Shown here one piece after another: positions 1 to 8,358 of a stretch of DNA of 64,000 nt. A program made the position numbers and the translations under genes. The notes below the pieces were generated by a model, which was not told where the DNA came from, searched no databases, and saw nothing but the letters and a program-made list of their open reading frames with translations. Origin of the DNA: a virus (Duplodnaviria; Heunggongvirae; Uroviricota; Caudoviricetes); the IMG/VR virus record IMGVR_UViG_3300017917_003366; one strand, 5' to 3'. Numbering within the stretch: position 1 is the stretch's first letter; every line of letters starts with the position of its first letter.

Positions 1-96
1 TGGCATACGAGTACCTCTTGGGTCCTGTGTTGTCATTTCGGTTGCGAGTTCGATTAACTTCGCATACATTTCATCAGATACTTCTATTGTTTTCAT
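1..96 (-). CDS. Partial CDS (N-terminal 32 codons; gene continues beyond the left edge of the window), hypothetical
   Basis: ATG at 96..94 overlapping the TAA of the upstream gene (TAATG). The open frame runs to position 1 with no stop. Not in the ORF track because it is truncated. Confidence 0.3.
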   Translation of the reverse strand, partial: MKTIEVSDEMYAKLIELATEMTTQDPRGTRMP

Positions 97-695
97 TATG
101 ATAAAGAATTTGGTAAGTACAATAATGTGGGGTTCTTCTTTTGAATGTCGACGTGAGGATATATATTCTTAAACTGCAACACATCAAACCTTGAGGTTAT
201 AAAATGATAACCGTTCTTTGTTGGGACGATACATTCAATTTTATCTCCTTCAGGTCTGGTTGCATTAATAACTTTTGTCATTCTCACAACTTCATTTTCA
301 TCTGTTGTATCCAAATCAACAATCCATCTCTTCTCTTGAGTTTTGATTTGACCGACAACGGAATCAAACAATCCTTTCTGGTTGTGTTGTCCATTCTGAA
401 TACGTTGAGCAAGGTCAACCATCATACTCAGTGAAACATTAAAATGATTTTGTTTCTGTACATGGATGTATGCCCTTGCTTTGAACATCTCACATAGTTG
501 TTTAATCTCGTCGTATCTCCTGTCAAGATGTTCAATACTTTCAATACAATAAGTTTTAATTGTTCTTACTGACTGGTGGTTATCTCTTTCATCTTCAGGT
601 TGGTCTTTCTTTCTCTTGAATACATAAAGCATATAGAAATCTCCCTTCTCTGAGAAGTTCAAAAGACCTTTAACTAATTCAATATTGTCAATCAT
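96..695 (-). CDS. Hypothetical protein (199 aa), immediately downstream of and probably co-transcribed with the nucleotidyltransferase
   Basis: Long ORF 2 nt after the upstream gene; no motif I can name. Confidence 0.5.
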   Translation of the reverse strand: MIDNIELVKGLLNFSEKGDFYMLYVFKRKKDQPEDERDNHQSVRTIKTYCIESIEHLDRRYDEIKQLCEMFKARAYIHVQKQNHFNVSLSMMVDLAQRIQNGQHNQKGLFDSVVGQIKTQEKRWIVDLDTTDENEVVRMTKVINATRPEGDKIECIVPTKNGYHFITSRFDVLQFKNIYPHVDIQKKNPTLLYLPNSLS

Positions 696-696
696 A

Positions 697-1428
697 TTAT
701 TGTTCTAATGTTGGTTTAAGCCACAAAATATTCTTCTTAAAAATATAGTTTCTAAGTGCCGGGTAATCATTAAGAATCTTCAATGTTTTAATCGTATCGT
801 ATTTAAAACATTTAAATAACTCTTCTCTAATCCTTTCAACTGAAACTACTTTCATTTTTGTTTCATAATCATAATCTTGGATTACCCCATCCATGAACGG
901 TCCAATCCAAAATCCTTTGGTAACACAAAAACGAATTGCTCTAAGTATCCTCAACGGGTCATCATCAAATGTTACTTTACAATCCAATGGTGTTCTCAAG
1001 TAACCTCGTTTTAAATCTTCGATTCCGTTGAAGTAATCGATTAGGTTACCGTCAGTGTCTTTGGCAATCGCATTTAAAGTGAAATCCCTACGAATCAAAT
1101 CATCGTACAAGGTACCGGGTTCAATTATCGGTTGTCTTGTGCCAGGAATATATCCAACCTCTTTACGAGCCATCACAAAATCAGCAACACCTTGATGTTT
1201 GTGTCCCACCGGAAACTTTGCTCGTATGGTAAAACAATCGGGAGTAACTAAAAACAATTCAAACCCTTCCTGTTTAAGATATTCTTCAAGAATCCCAAAC
1301 ATGGAATGAGCAGAACTAACGTCTTTTAATAAATCATCTGATGGTACCGCAACATAATCGATATCCTTAGATTCTAATTCAAGAATCTCGTCTCTAACCT
1401 TACCACCAACTTCATAAAATGTAAACAT
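697..1428 (-). CDS. tRNA nucleotidyltransferase / poly(A) polymerase head-domain protein (CCA-adding enzyme family, Pol-beta superfamily)
   Basis: N-terminal GGKVRDEIL plus DIDYV (GGxVRD...DxD signature), RRDFTLNAIA (RRDFTINA motif) and DPLRILRAIRF (DPLRxLRAxRF) are all present in order. ATG verified at 1428..1426. Confidence 0.75.
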   Translation of the reverse strand: MFTFYEVGGKVRDEILELESKDIDYVAVPSDDLLKDVSSAHSMFGILEEYLKQEGFELFLVTPDCFTIRAKFPVGHKHQGVADFVMARKEVGYIPGTRQPIIEPGTLYDDLIRRDFTLNAIAKDTDGNLIDYFNGIEDLKRGYLRTPLDCKVTFDDDPLRILRAIRFCVTKGFWIGPFMDGVIQDYDYETKMKVVSVERIREELFKCFKYDTIKTLKILNDYPALRNYIFKKNILWLKPTLEQ

Positions 1429-1432
1429 GCAA

Positions 1433-1466
1433 CAAATATAAAAAATTTTTTCGAATATCCAAAAAA
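1433..1466 (-). promoter_or_regulatory. Bacteroidetes-type promoter candidate (TTTG -N19- TATATTTG) upstream of the nucleotidyltransferase gene
   Basis: Minus-strand sequence TTTGGATATTCGAAAAAATTTTT TATATTTG TTGC ATG. The -7-like TAnnTTTG and -33-like TTTG have 19-nt spacing. Confidence 0.4.
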
Positions 1467-1490
1467 ATAAAACCCCTTTCGGGGTTTTTT
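1462..1490. terminator. Bidirectional rho-independent terminator hairpin (aaaacccc-tttc-ggggtttt) flanked by A and T tracts
   Basis: 8-bp GC-rich stem with 4-nt loop, T-run on both strands. It sits between the stop of the 96-aa ORF and the start of the next gene. Confidence 0.6.
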
Positions 1491-1525
1491 ATTCATCGTA
1501 GAAATCTACGTAATCAATATAATCC

Positions 1526-1816
1526 TCATCCACGGTATTCGTATAAGTCCCACTCGGGTTTGTTAAAACCATACATTCTATGGATGTGAGAATTCTCAGA
1601 CCAATCTACTTTCGCTCGACGTTTGATTTCAGTCAGGTATCGTTTAGCTTCCTTTATGTCATCAAACAACTTTGGTCGGTAATCTCCATCCTTTTCCTTT
1701 TTCTTCGGCCACATTGTGGTCCAAATATTCTCCAAATCATTGGTATCTTGATTAATGAATTGGATTGTTTCTTTACTGTGGTAAAGGTCTTGAATGATAT
1801 ATTTTTTATCAGACAT
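1526..1816 (-). CDS. Hypothetical protein (96 aa)
   Basis: ORF followed by a terminator hairpin. Confidence 0.45.
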   Translation of the reverse strand: MSDKKYIIQDLYHSKETIQFINQDTNDLENIWTTMWPKKKEKDGDYRPKLFDDIKEAKRYLTEIKRRAKVDWSENSHIHRMYGFNKPEWDLYEYRG

Positions 1817-1865
1817 TTTGTTTTGATTTAAGGTTTTATTAAATGTACTAAAAAAATTTTAGGTA

Positions 1866-2432
1866 TTAAAACAGCGACTTCAAATTTTCTTTTTCAATTG
1901 CACCTTTCACCGCTCGAACATATCCATCACCGGCTTCGGCGTAAACCTTTGAAAGATACTGATAATACTCCTGTTCGTTTCTGATATCAGAAAGATATCT
2001 ACACTGATAAAAAGCATAATCGTAAAGAGATTCGTACCAGTTTTCATAGTATGCGTGCCCATGTTGAGTGCCCACCGCAGTGTTTATTCTTACTGTTGCT
2101 TGTTTCATTCCAAAGAGATTGTGGTTCTCTCTGAATATCCTACTATTGAAGTTTCCTGTTTCAATAATGGATTGTGCCATCACAATATGTGGGAACCTAA
2201 CATTTAATCGTTTTAGTTCTTCCACCATCTTTTCTTTACTGAATTTATTCTTCTCAGCTTCTAAACTAATGACCATCAATTCTTTTTCGTAATGGTCGAG
2301 AGAAGCAAATCTTTGGAATCTCCCAAGTAAAAAAGAACCAATCATTAAAATGATTATTGAAGAGAAAAACCATTTTGTTTTTTTCGTGTCCTTTTTCCAA
2401 CGTAACGACTGTTCATCAAATCTGTAAAACAT
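1866..2432 (-). CDS. Membrane-anchored peptidoglycan hydrolase, glucosaminidase (FlgJ/mannosyl-glycoprotein endo-beta-N-acetylglucosaminidase) family
   Basis: N-terminal TM segment (WFFSSIIILMIGSFLLG). Motif AQSIIETGNFNSRIFRENHNLFGMK matches the glucosaminidase AQAxLESGWG...NNLFGIK signature. ATG verified. Confidence 0.6.
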   Translation of the reverse strand: MFYRFDEQSLRWKKDTKKTKWFFSSIIILMIGSFLLGRFQRFASLDHYEKELMVISLEAEKNKFSKEKMVEELKRLNVRFPHIVMAQSIIETGNFNSRIFRENHNLFGMKQATVRINTAVGTQHGHAYYENWYESLYDYAFYQCRYLSDIRNEQEYYQYLSKVYAEAGDGYVRAVKGAIEKENLKSLF

Positions 2433-2714
2433 AACATTAATTTTTAAGGTTAAACAAAAAATAAGCCAAAATTTAGTTTGTCGAATAATGTGACTCGTAA
2501 TAAGTCTTGGTCATCAAATGACCTCTTGTCACTTTACTAAACGAAAGTGCCTCTTGGAAGGTTTCAAAAAAGTATACCGATTTATCGGTTACAATTACCC
2601 ATCCTTTTTCTTTTGTTAATTCGGGGCGTTCTAAATTCATAGTTTGTTAGAATTAATTTCATAACAAACATAAAACATATTTTTGGAATATCCAAAAAAA
2701 TATTCTAAAAAATT

Positions 2715-3020
2715 TTAAAAACTTTTGTAGGGAACGTCAACTTCGATTTCCCAACTTGGGTGACGTAATCTGAAATACTTAATCAAACCCAACACATGTT
2801 CGTTGTGTTCGTCATTAACCAAACGATAAGTAACCTCTCTGACAATCTTACCATCATCGTATGCAATCTCGATGTTTCCCATTACCGCCATGAGCTTTCC
2901 ATCATAATAGATGTCAGTACCTTGGAAACTAAATTTATCGGTAGAAATGTTACGCAGGGGGTTAGATGCACAACCTATAACAATAAAGGTTGTGACAATT
3001 AGGAGTGTGATTTTTTTCAC
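2715..3020 (-). CDS. Predicted lipoprotein (101 aa)
   Basis: Signal peptide with lipobox MKKITLLIVTTFIVIG-C-AS. Confidence 0.55.
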   Translation of the reverse strand: MKKITLLIVTTFIVIGCASNPLRNISTDKFSFQGTDIYYDGKLMAVMGNIEIAYDDGKIVREVTYRLVNDEHNEHVLGLIKYFRLRHPSWEIEVDVPYKSF

Positions 3021-3430
3021 GGTCTTGAGTTCAGTTCTTGGGTTAATCTTTCACGTACCTTATCGCTGATGGGGATTGAGTTACCATCCTCATCAATGCG
3101 AACAAACGTGATGTTAGTTGATAGAAGAACATCCTCTTCATGTGTGTATACATTGAAAGAACGAGCTTCTAAATAGAGAGTTATGGACGTGCTACCAATC
3201 TTGGCAACCTCACCATAGATTTTAAGAAGTGACCCTTCTTTAGCTGGTTTCTTAAACACGCACTTATCAATACAAATTGTCACCATTCGTCTGTTGTGAC
3301 AAACCTCCATCGCGTAAGCAGCTGCTGATGCGTCAATCCACGCCATGAGTTTTCCCCCGAAGAGATTCCCATGAAACCCTAAATCGGATTTCTTAATGGG
3401 GTGCATGTTAATTAAATTCAATTTCTTCAA
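3017..3430 (-). CDS. Acyl-CoA thioesterase, hotdog fold (YciA/ACOT-like)
   Basis: HGNLFGGKLMAWIDASAAAYA matches the acyl-CoA hydrolase HGGxxxxxxDxxAxxxA motif. The track start is TTG; an in-frame ATG (M9) at 3406 is an alternative start. Confidence 0.6.
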   Translation of the reverse strand: MKKLNLINMHPIKKSDLGFHGNLFGGKLMAWIDASAAAYAMEVCHNRRMVTICIDKCVFKKPAKEGSLLKIYGEVAKIGSTSITLYLEARSFNVYTHEEDVLLSTNITFVRIDEDGNSIPISDKVRERLTQELNSRP

Positions 3431-3432
3431 AA

Positions 3433-3627
3433 TTATAGATTACCTAAATTAAAACGTTTAATAAGGATATCGTAAATTGATTTTAATTTGAATGATTTAA
3501 ATGAATCATTCTTTTTAATCACGTTAAACATTACGACATCATTTTCAACTTCCTTTCTCTTTTCGAATTCCTTAAAAGATTCCTCAAGAGTTTTGTCAAT
3601 CCAGTTTTTCATGTGTTTAGTTTTCAA
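3433..3627 (-). CDS. Hypothetical small protein (64 aa)
   Basis: ORF packed between neighbours. Confidence 0.4.
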   Translation of the reverse strand: MKTKHMKNWIDKTLEESFKEFEKRKEVENDVVMFNVIKKNDSFKSFKLKSIYDILIKRFNLGNL

Positions 3628-4115
3628 AACAAATAAATTTTCGCCCCCAATGTGAAATTGGTCTTCCCATCTCGATACATTTCTTGGAAGGTGTGCAAAG
3701 ATAGATATAATGGATTTACGATTCTAAAATCTACACCTACCTTACCAACCATTCCATTGTACGTTTTAAAGATGGAGGGACCAATCCCACCACTTATAAA
3801 CAATCTTTTTACCTTTTTGTTCTGATAAACATAATTTATTAAATAATAAGCATTTACCGGTTGACTGTTCAACACAAACGGGTCACTCTGAACAAGATAT
3901 ATACCTAATGAAATTGGTCTGTGACCTAATTCAATAGATGATATTGAATTTTTAGAGTTAAAACCGTAACCAACGGTATAGAACGTGTTATAGTTTCTTG
4001 GTCCATAAGCCAATGAATGGTTAAACAAACGAGAGCCGAGTCCCGGATTGAGTTGTGATAATACCTGAGTGTTTGTCAGTACTAATACCAATAAAACTAT
4101 AACTAATCTTTTCAT
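3624..4115 (-). CDS. Secreted small beta-barrel outer-membrane protein candidate (163 aa)
   Basis: Cleavable signal peptide MKRLVIVLLVLVLTNTQVLSQ. Alternating hydrophobic pattern and C-terminal ...GAKIYLF (aromatic terminal residue typical of the OMP beta-signal). Confidence 0.5.
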   Translation of the reverse strand: MKRLVIVLLVLVLTNTQVLSQLNPGLGSRLFNHSLAYGPRNYNTFYTVGYGFNSKNSISSIELGHRPISLGIYLVQSDPFVLNSQPVNAYYLINYVYQNKKVKRLFISGGIGPSIFKTYNGMVGKVGVDFRIVNPLYLSLHTFQEMYRDGKTNFTLGAKIYLF

Positions 4116-4507
4116 TTTATTAATGGTTCTAAACCTACTTTGTCAAATACTAAATTTGTTATTTTTCGAAACGATGCATCGGTTTCATATACATCTTCGA
4201 ACTTCCTCACGTTGTGAATTGCCGTGGTGTGGTCTCTGTTACCAATCTTATGTCCTATGTGAACAAAAGTAGACCTACATTTTTTTCTTAGAATGTATGA
4301 GATAATAAGTCGAACATCAACCAATTCTCTTTTACGTTCTTTTGAGACCATTCTTTCATGAGGAATTTTAAATTTCTCAAGAACGATTTTTATTATTTGG
4401 TCTTCACTCATCCTGTCTTTTAAGTTTAACAAATATGGATGTTCACTCACATCCAACATTTCAATTTTAAGACCGGGATATATGTAAGGACTTATTTTAT
4501 TGCTCAT
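4112..4507 (-). CDS. Stand-alone DnaA C-terminal (domain IV) DNA-binding protein
   Basis: SKERKRELVDVRLIISYIL...IGHKIGNRDHTTAIHNVRKFE aligns with E. coli DnaA domain IV (SKRRSRSVARPRQMAMAL...[21 protein letters not shown]). Confidence 0.75.
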   Translation of the reverse strand: MSNKISPYIYPGLKIEMLDVSEHPYLLNLKDRMSEDQIIKIVLEKFKIPHERMVSKERKRELVDVRLIISYILRKKCRSTFVHIGHKIGNRDHTTAIHNVRKFEDVYETDASFRKITNLVFDKVGLEPLIK

Positions 4508-4769
4508 TCGATAATTCTTGAATTTGTTTTAAATAATCAGTAACCTCATCTTCGCTCAGATAACCAATAACATCATTTGTGATTGGAGTATCGTAAGTTA
4601 AGTTACCATTAGAATCTAATATCGCCATCTCGTATAAACCATTCTTACCACCATAAGTGTATGGTCCTTTAACTACAGATGCACCATATCCATTATCAAA
4701 TTGAATTCGAGATGCAACTCCCATGTTATGAGGTCTGTCTTCAAAAACTAAATCCTTGAAAGTTTTCAT
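4497..4769 (-). CDS. Hypothetical protein (90 aa)
   Basis: ORF in operon context. Confidence 0.45.
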   Translation of the reverse strand: MKTFKDLVFEDRPHNMGVASRIQFDNGYGASVVKGPYTYGGKNGLYEMAILDSNGNLTYDTPITNDVIGYLSEDEVTDYLKQIQELSNEQ

Positions 4770-4975
4770 TAATCTACTATTTTACGTACAAAATAAGAGT
4801 GTCCTGAATCGGTGTTTGCGTTTAGTATTTCTACCATTTTGTTTACCTCATCTTCATTTTCGAATTCCTCAACTTCTCCTTGCGAGTCATTCATGATTAC
4901 GTGGACATAATGAGGTTCTCCATCTGCATGAAGTTTGTCCGTAACCATTTTCTTTACGATAATGTATCTTGCCAT
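4769..4975 (-). CDS. Hypothetical protein (68 aa)
   Basis: ORF in operon context. Confidence 0.4.
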   Translation of the reverse strand: MARYIIVKKMVTDKLHADGEPHYVHVIMNDSQGEVEEFENEDEVNKMVEILNANTDSGHSYFVRKIVD

Positions 4976-4977
4976 TT

Positions 4978-5526
4978 TTAAACTGATAAATAAAGTCGGT
5001 TATGATTGTACAAAGCAACGGGATTAGAATCGGCAATCAAACCATACTTGTCCATTACGTGCTCGTAAGCTTTCTCTTGTGGTTCATTAATAACCTCAGA
5101 TAAAATATTACAGAATCCAAAGTTAGATTCATCAACAACATCTTGTTTTGTGCCGGGTAATCCACAGTAGTATGCCTCCCCAACCTCAGAGATGAACATC
5201 CCGGAGTAGAATCCTTTAAGTCCATGAAGGTCCACAAACCTATCGGCGTTACACCAAATAAAAACTGAGTTGTCTTTTTCCATCAATAAAGGAACCATCG
5301 TTTGGTCAATGATGTAACCACCGGCACCTCCGAATCTTCCGATACTAAACAATCCACCGGGTGAACCGTGACCCATCATCATAACGCGGTCGTGTTCTCT
5401 TATTAACTTTTTTATGTCTTCTTTACTAACCCCACCAGTAACAACTGTCTTGTTAGGAATTGGGTTGTAGACGATATCCAAGAAAGACGTTGATTTGTCT
5501 TCGGGATGTATAATTAATGTTTTCAT
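4978..5526 (-). CDS. Hypothetical protein (182 aa)
   Basis: ATG verified at 5526..5524; preceded by a promoter-like motif. Confidence 0.5.
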   Translation of the reverse strand: MKTLIIHPEDKSTSFLDIVYNPIPNKTVVTGGVSKEDIKKLIREHDRVMMMGHGSPGGLFSIGRFGGAGGYIIDQTMVPLLMEKDNSVFIWCNADRFVDLHGLKGFYSGMFISEVGEAYYCGLPGTKQDVVDESNFGFCNILSEVINEPQEKAYEHVMDKYGLIADSNPVALYNHNRLYLSV

Positions 5527-5530
5527 ACCA

Positions 5531-5562
5531 CAAAGATATTAACAACATTTGAATATTCCAAA
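5531..5562 (-). promoter_or_regulatory. Bacteroidetes-type promoter candidate (TTTG -N20- TATCTTTG)
   Basis: Minus-strand TTTGGAATATTCAAATGTTGTTAA TATCTTTG TGGT ATG. Confidence 0.4.
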
Positions 5563-5600
5563 AAATATTTCAAATATTTTTATATAAATCTATTTTTGTT

Positions 5601-6584
5601 TTATCCTCTGCGGAGATTCGCTTCGACCATCGGCATTGCTTCTGACATAATCTCACCAATTGGTCGAGCTTCGTTTACCACCGCTCTTTCCTCCATTGGT
5701 GCTTCACTCATTTCCATCATTGGTTCTTCTTGAACTGTCATCTCCATATCCGCGGGTTCGGGTTCAATCATACGTGACTTCTCATAAATTCGAGCAAAAT
5801 TCTCTTCGATTTTTCTATCTTCTTCGCTCAAGAATTGCATGTTTGGTACTGCGAGTTCATTTTGAAATTCCTTTCTGATAATTTCTAAAATGAATGTTGG
5901 TAAGGTTGTTTCCATCGAATCAACTCGACTATCGGTTTGATTCCAAAATGAAAGTTCGGGGTCATCTTTTAACAATGATTTAAATGCCGCCACTTTTAAT
6001 CCGGTAAGTTTGTTAATCACATAAACCAAGATACCTTTCTTTGAATAACGAAGGAAGTATTCAGGATTGCTCTCAGATGCAGTACACCATTTTGTTGATG
6101 AACCATATTTGCGAGATGCCAAGTATGTTAATGGTCTCAATACCACCCACTCATTGTCATTGTGTAATTTAATAACCTGTTTTTCCAAATCCTTCTCCAT
6201 GGTTTTGATTTCCGCCAAACTATTGGCACTCATTACCATTTCGAAATTGGTATACTTTGAAAGGTCATTGTCGGCAATCAAGCCTCTCTCATTGTACTCA
6301 CAGAATTTTTGAAAAGCTTTGATATCTGATTGGTTGAACATTGTGTCAATCAAACGATAGAAGAATATCATTTGGAAGTCAGATATCTCATCCAATCTAT
6401 TCGGTGAAATGTCAAAAGTATTTGTGAGTTCTCTTTTTATATCTCTAATGTAACTATCGGAATTACGGGTCTTCTTCATTATTCGAAGAAGTGTTTCAAC
6501 ATACTTTGGTTTACCCTCAGGTACAAAGATTTTTAAAAGTTCAGTAACGTTGATAACGTTTTCGGAATTATTTCTTAGATTCAT
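5601..6584 (-). CDS. Hypothetical protein (327 aa) with Met/Glu/Pro-rich acidic C-terminal tail; shares a Cys-containing motif with the two large paralogs at 19.6-22.9 kb
   Basis: ...GSSTKWCTASESNPEYFLRYSKKGILVYVI... resembles EGYNMKNCMSKQFV...SYVYLS and EGSFMHHCVASYAN...SMIVSI in the other two proteins. Confidence 0.5.
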   Translation of the reverse strand: MNLRNNSENVINVTELLKIFVPEGKPKYVETLLRIMKKTRNSDSYIRDIKRELTNTFDISPNRLDEISDFQMIFFYRLIDTMFNQSDIKAFQKFCEYNERGLIADNDLSKYTNFEMVMSANSLAEIKTMEKDLEKQVIKLHNDNEWVVLRPLTYLASRKYGSSTKWCTASESNPEYFLRYSKKGILVYVINKLTGLKVAAFKSLLKDDPELSFWNQTDSRVDSMETTLPTFILEIIRKEFQNELAVPNMQFLSEEDRKIEENFARIYEKSRMIEPEPADMEMTVQEEPMMEMSEAPMEERAVVNEARPIGEIMSEAMPMVEANLRRG

Positions 6585-6601
6585 GTTATTTTGGTTTTTA
6601 A

Positions 6602-7267
6602 TTAGTACTGTGTTCTTAAAATTTCAATTACATCCCAAGCGTCTTCAAGTGCGTTATGTGTAACAATACCATTGATGTTTGCTCGTTCTTTACATGTTGT
6701 TAGTGATGGGAGTGATTTATCTTCTTTCCAATCAACAAATAAAATTGCTGGGTCAAGAACTCTTTGTCGAGTTCTAATAAGTTTCTTCCACCAAGGAAGG
6801 TCTTCGAGGAATAGTTTATCAAACGTTCCAAAGTTTTTACCGGCAACGTTGATTGTGATTGGTGGGGTGTTACCACCGAACACCGGAAATGGTATACCAT
6901 CAACAATTCTAACGGTCTTTAATGATTCAACATGCATCATGTAACCATTGGCCCACAAGAAGTCATAAAACTTTTGCACAACGTCATCTTCAGTACAAAA
7001 AATATAATCAGTGTGATTATTCATATTTGCTTTAGTTTCATCATCACCTTCCAAGTAATCACCAATCATCCCAATGATTTCTTTATTCATTGTAATTGCT
7101 CTTGGTGAACCTTGAATAGTGTGTTGTAGAACTATAGCATTAAACTTTGGTAGTTCCTCGTATGGTAATTTCTTTTCGGTATCTTCAATGATAGCTCCGA
7201 TAGATAAGATATTGTTCATATCAGGATTCAAACCTGACGTTTCAATATCGATACTTACATATTTCAT
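6602..7267 (-). CDS. DnaQ-like (DEDDh) 3'-5' exonuclease
   Basis: Exo I motif VSIDIETSGL and Exo III motif HNALEDAWDVIEIL. Confidence 0.7.
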   Translation of the reverse strand: MKYVSIDIETSGLNPDMNNILSIGAIIEDTEKKLPYEELPKFNAIVLQHTIQGSPRAITMNKEIIGMIGDYLEGDDETKANMNNHTDYIFCTEDDVVQKFYDFLWANGYMMHVESLKTVRIVDGIPFPVFGGNTPPITINVAGKNFGTFDKLFLEDLPWWKKLIRTRQRVLDPAILFVDWKEDKSLPSLTTCKERANINGIVTHNALEDAWDVIEILRTQY

Positions 7268-7458
7268 TAATCAAACATTTTAATAAATGCAACAATCATA
7301 ACAAATAAAAAGATAAGGGCAAAACCTCCCCATAACGGAGCAGTTACCCACCACCATGACCAAGTAATATAACCGGTAAGTTTTAAGGTCATAAAAATTA
7401 AAAACATCAGACCGAAGAATCCTACTCCTCCTGATGAACTTGAGCTGTTGTTCGACAT
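7267..7458 (-). CDS. Small two-TM membrane protein (63 aa)
   Basis: Ser-rich N-terminus followed by two hydrophobic helices; ATGA overlap with the downstream gene. Confidence 0.45.
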   Translation of the reverse strand: MSNNSSSSSGGVGFFGLMFLIFMTLKLTGYITWSWWWVTAPLWGGFALIFLFVMIVAFIKMFD

Positions 7459-7459
7459 A

Positions 7460-7933
7460 TTAAATTATATTATATTTCTCTCTTAAAGTTTTCAGTGTTT
7501 CTGCTGCAGATGTATGAAGGATTCCCTCACCACCATCTTCAATCCAACCTTGAATGTTGTCAGGTCGGTCATCAATAAGAATATGATTGGGTGCCGCAAA
7601 TTCTCTTTTACGAGCGGCACTTCTTAGAATCAATTCAACACCGGGTAATTCTCTTTGAACCCAATCGAACTTACCAATTCGTGAATCGTTACTTCTTGAT
7701 GGTGCGGATAAAAGTGTTGGGTTGTATTTTGAGATGACCACCCATAAATCATTACCATCGGGCATCCATTCCATATTTACCCAAAAGTCATATCCCGCAT
7801 TATTAATCGGGTCCCAAAAGTTTTTATCGTTAAAATGTTGACCGGCAATGTCTACGCCGGTAAGGTCAAAGTATGCCTTATCGAAGTTCGTTAGAACTCC
7901 ATCCATATCACAGTATATCTTGTATTCTCCCAT
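7460..7933 (-). CDS. 5'(3')-deoxyribonucleotidase-like HAD phosphatase (NT5C family)
   Basis: YCDMDGVLTNF (HAD motif I DxDGV) near the N-terminus and ILIDDRPDN (motif III). The track start at 7951 is a TTG; the in-frame ATG at 7933 fits the promoter/leader geometry. Confidence 0.6.
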   Translation of the reverse strand: MGEYKIYCDMDGVLTNFDKAYFDLTGVDIAGQHFNDKNFWDPINNAGYDFWVNMEWMPDGNDLWVVISKYNPTLLSAPSRSNDSRIGKFDWVQRELPGVELILRSAARKREFAAPNHILIDDRPDNIQGWIEDGGEGILHTSAAETLKTLREKYNII

Positions 7934-7948
7934 CGTTGAGATTTTATA

Positions 7949-7975
7949 CAAATATACTAAAATATTCTAAATAAA
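7949..7975 (-). promoter_or_regulatory. Promoter candidate with TATATTTG -7-like element
   Basis: Minus-strand ...TTTAGAATATTTTAG TATATTTG TATAAAATCTCAACG ATG. The -33 TTTG is degenerate (TTTA). Confidence 0.3.
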
Positions 7976-7993
7976 AAAAATTAAATGAAAAAA

Positions 7994-8329
7994 TTACCAG
8001 TTTTCTTCTTGGTCATCGAACTCATCTTCGTCATCTTCGTAGTCATCATCCTCGTCTTCCCAAAGATAATCCTCCTCCAACTCTTCAATAAGTGCTTCGT
8101 AAACTAAATCTTCATTTACCCATTCAGGTAAATCCTCATCTTCATTTGATTCAAAATGTTTTATATCGATATCTTCTCTGCTTATATAAGGAGAATCTCC
8201 AAATGAATCATCCATGACCTCTTCTTCTCTAAAGAACGTGTAGGTAACATACACATCGAATTCATCTGTTCCGTTTGGGTCGTAAACGGTGACTACTTTG
8301 TTGTTTAAACCTTTTTTAGATTTTGCCAT
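7994..8329 (-). CDS. Highly acidic hypothetical protein (111 aa, Asp/Glu-rich C-terminus)
   Basis: ORF with extreme acidic composition (EDDEDEFDDQEENW). Confidence 0.45.
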   Translation of the reverse strand: MAKSKKGLNNKVVTVYDPNGTDEFDVYVTYTFFREEEVMDDSFGDSPYISREDIDIKHFESNEDEDLPEWVNEDLVYEALIEELEEDYLWEDEDDDYEDDEDEFDDQEENW

Positions 8330-8358
8330 ATCAATTGTTAGTGATATTTATTACTAGA

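Noticed and set aside
204-434. Plus-strand ORFs wholly inside longer minus-strand genes, here 204-434 and likewise at ten other sites across the first 41 kb
   Set aside because: Each is antisense to and contained in a longer ORF with recognisable motifs. Their translations are low-complexity (Phe/Leu/Ile/Ser-rich), as expected from the reverse complement of AT-rich coding DNA. The other ten sites are 1580-1831, 2068-2292, 2796-3002, 4069-4272, 5660-5878, 6067-6312, 6672-6944, 13013-13258, 13721-14029, 35008-35244 and 40012-40218.
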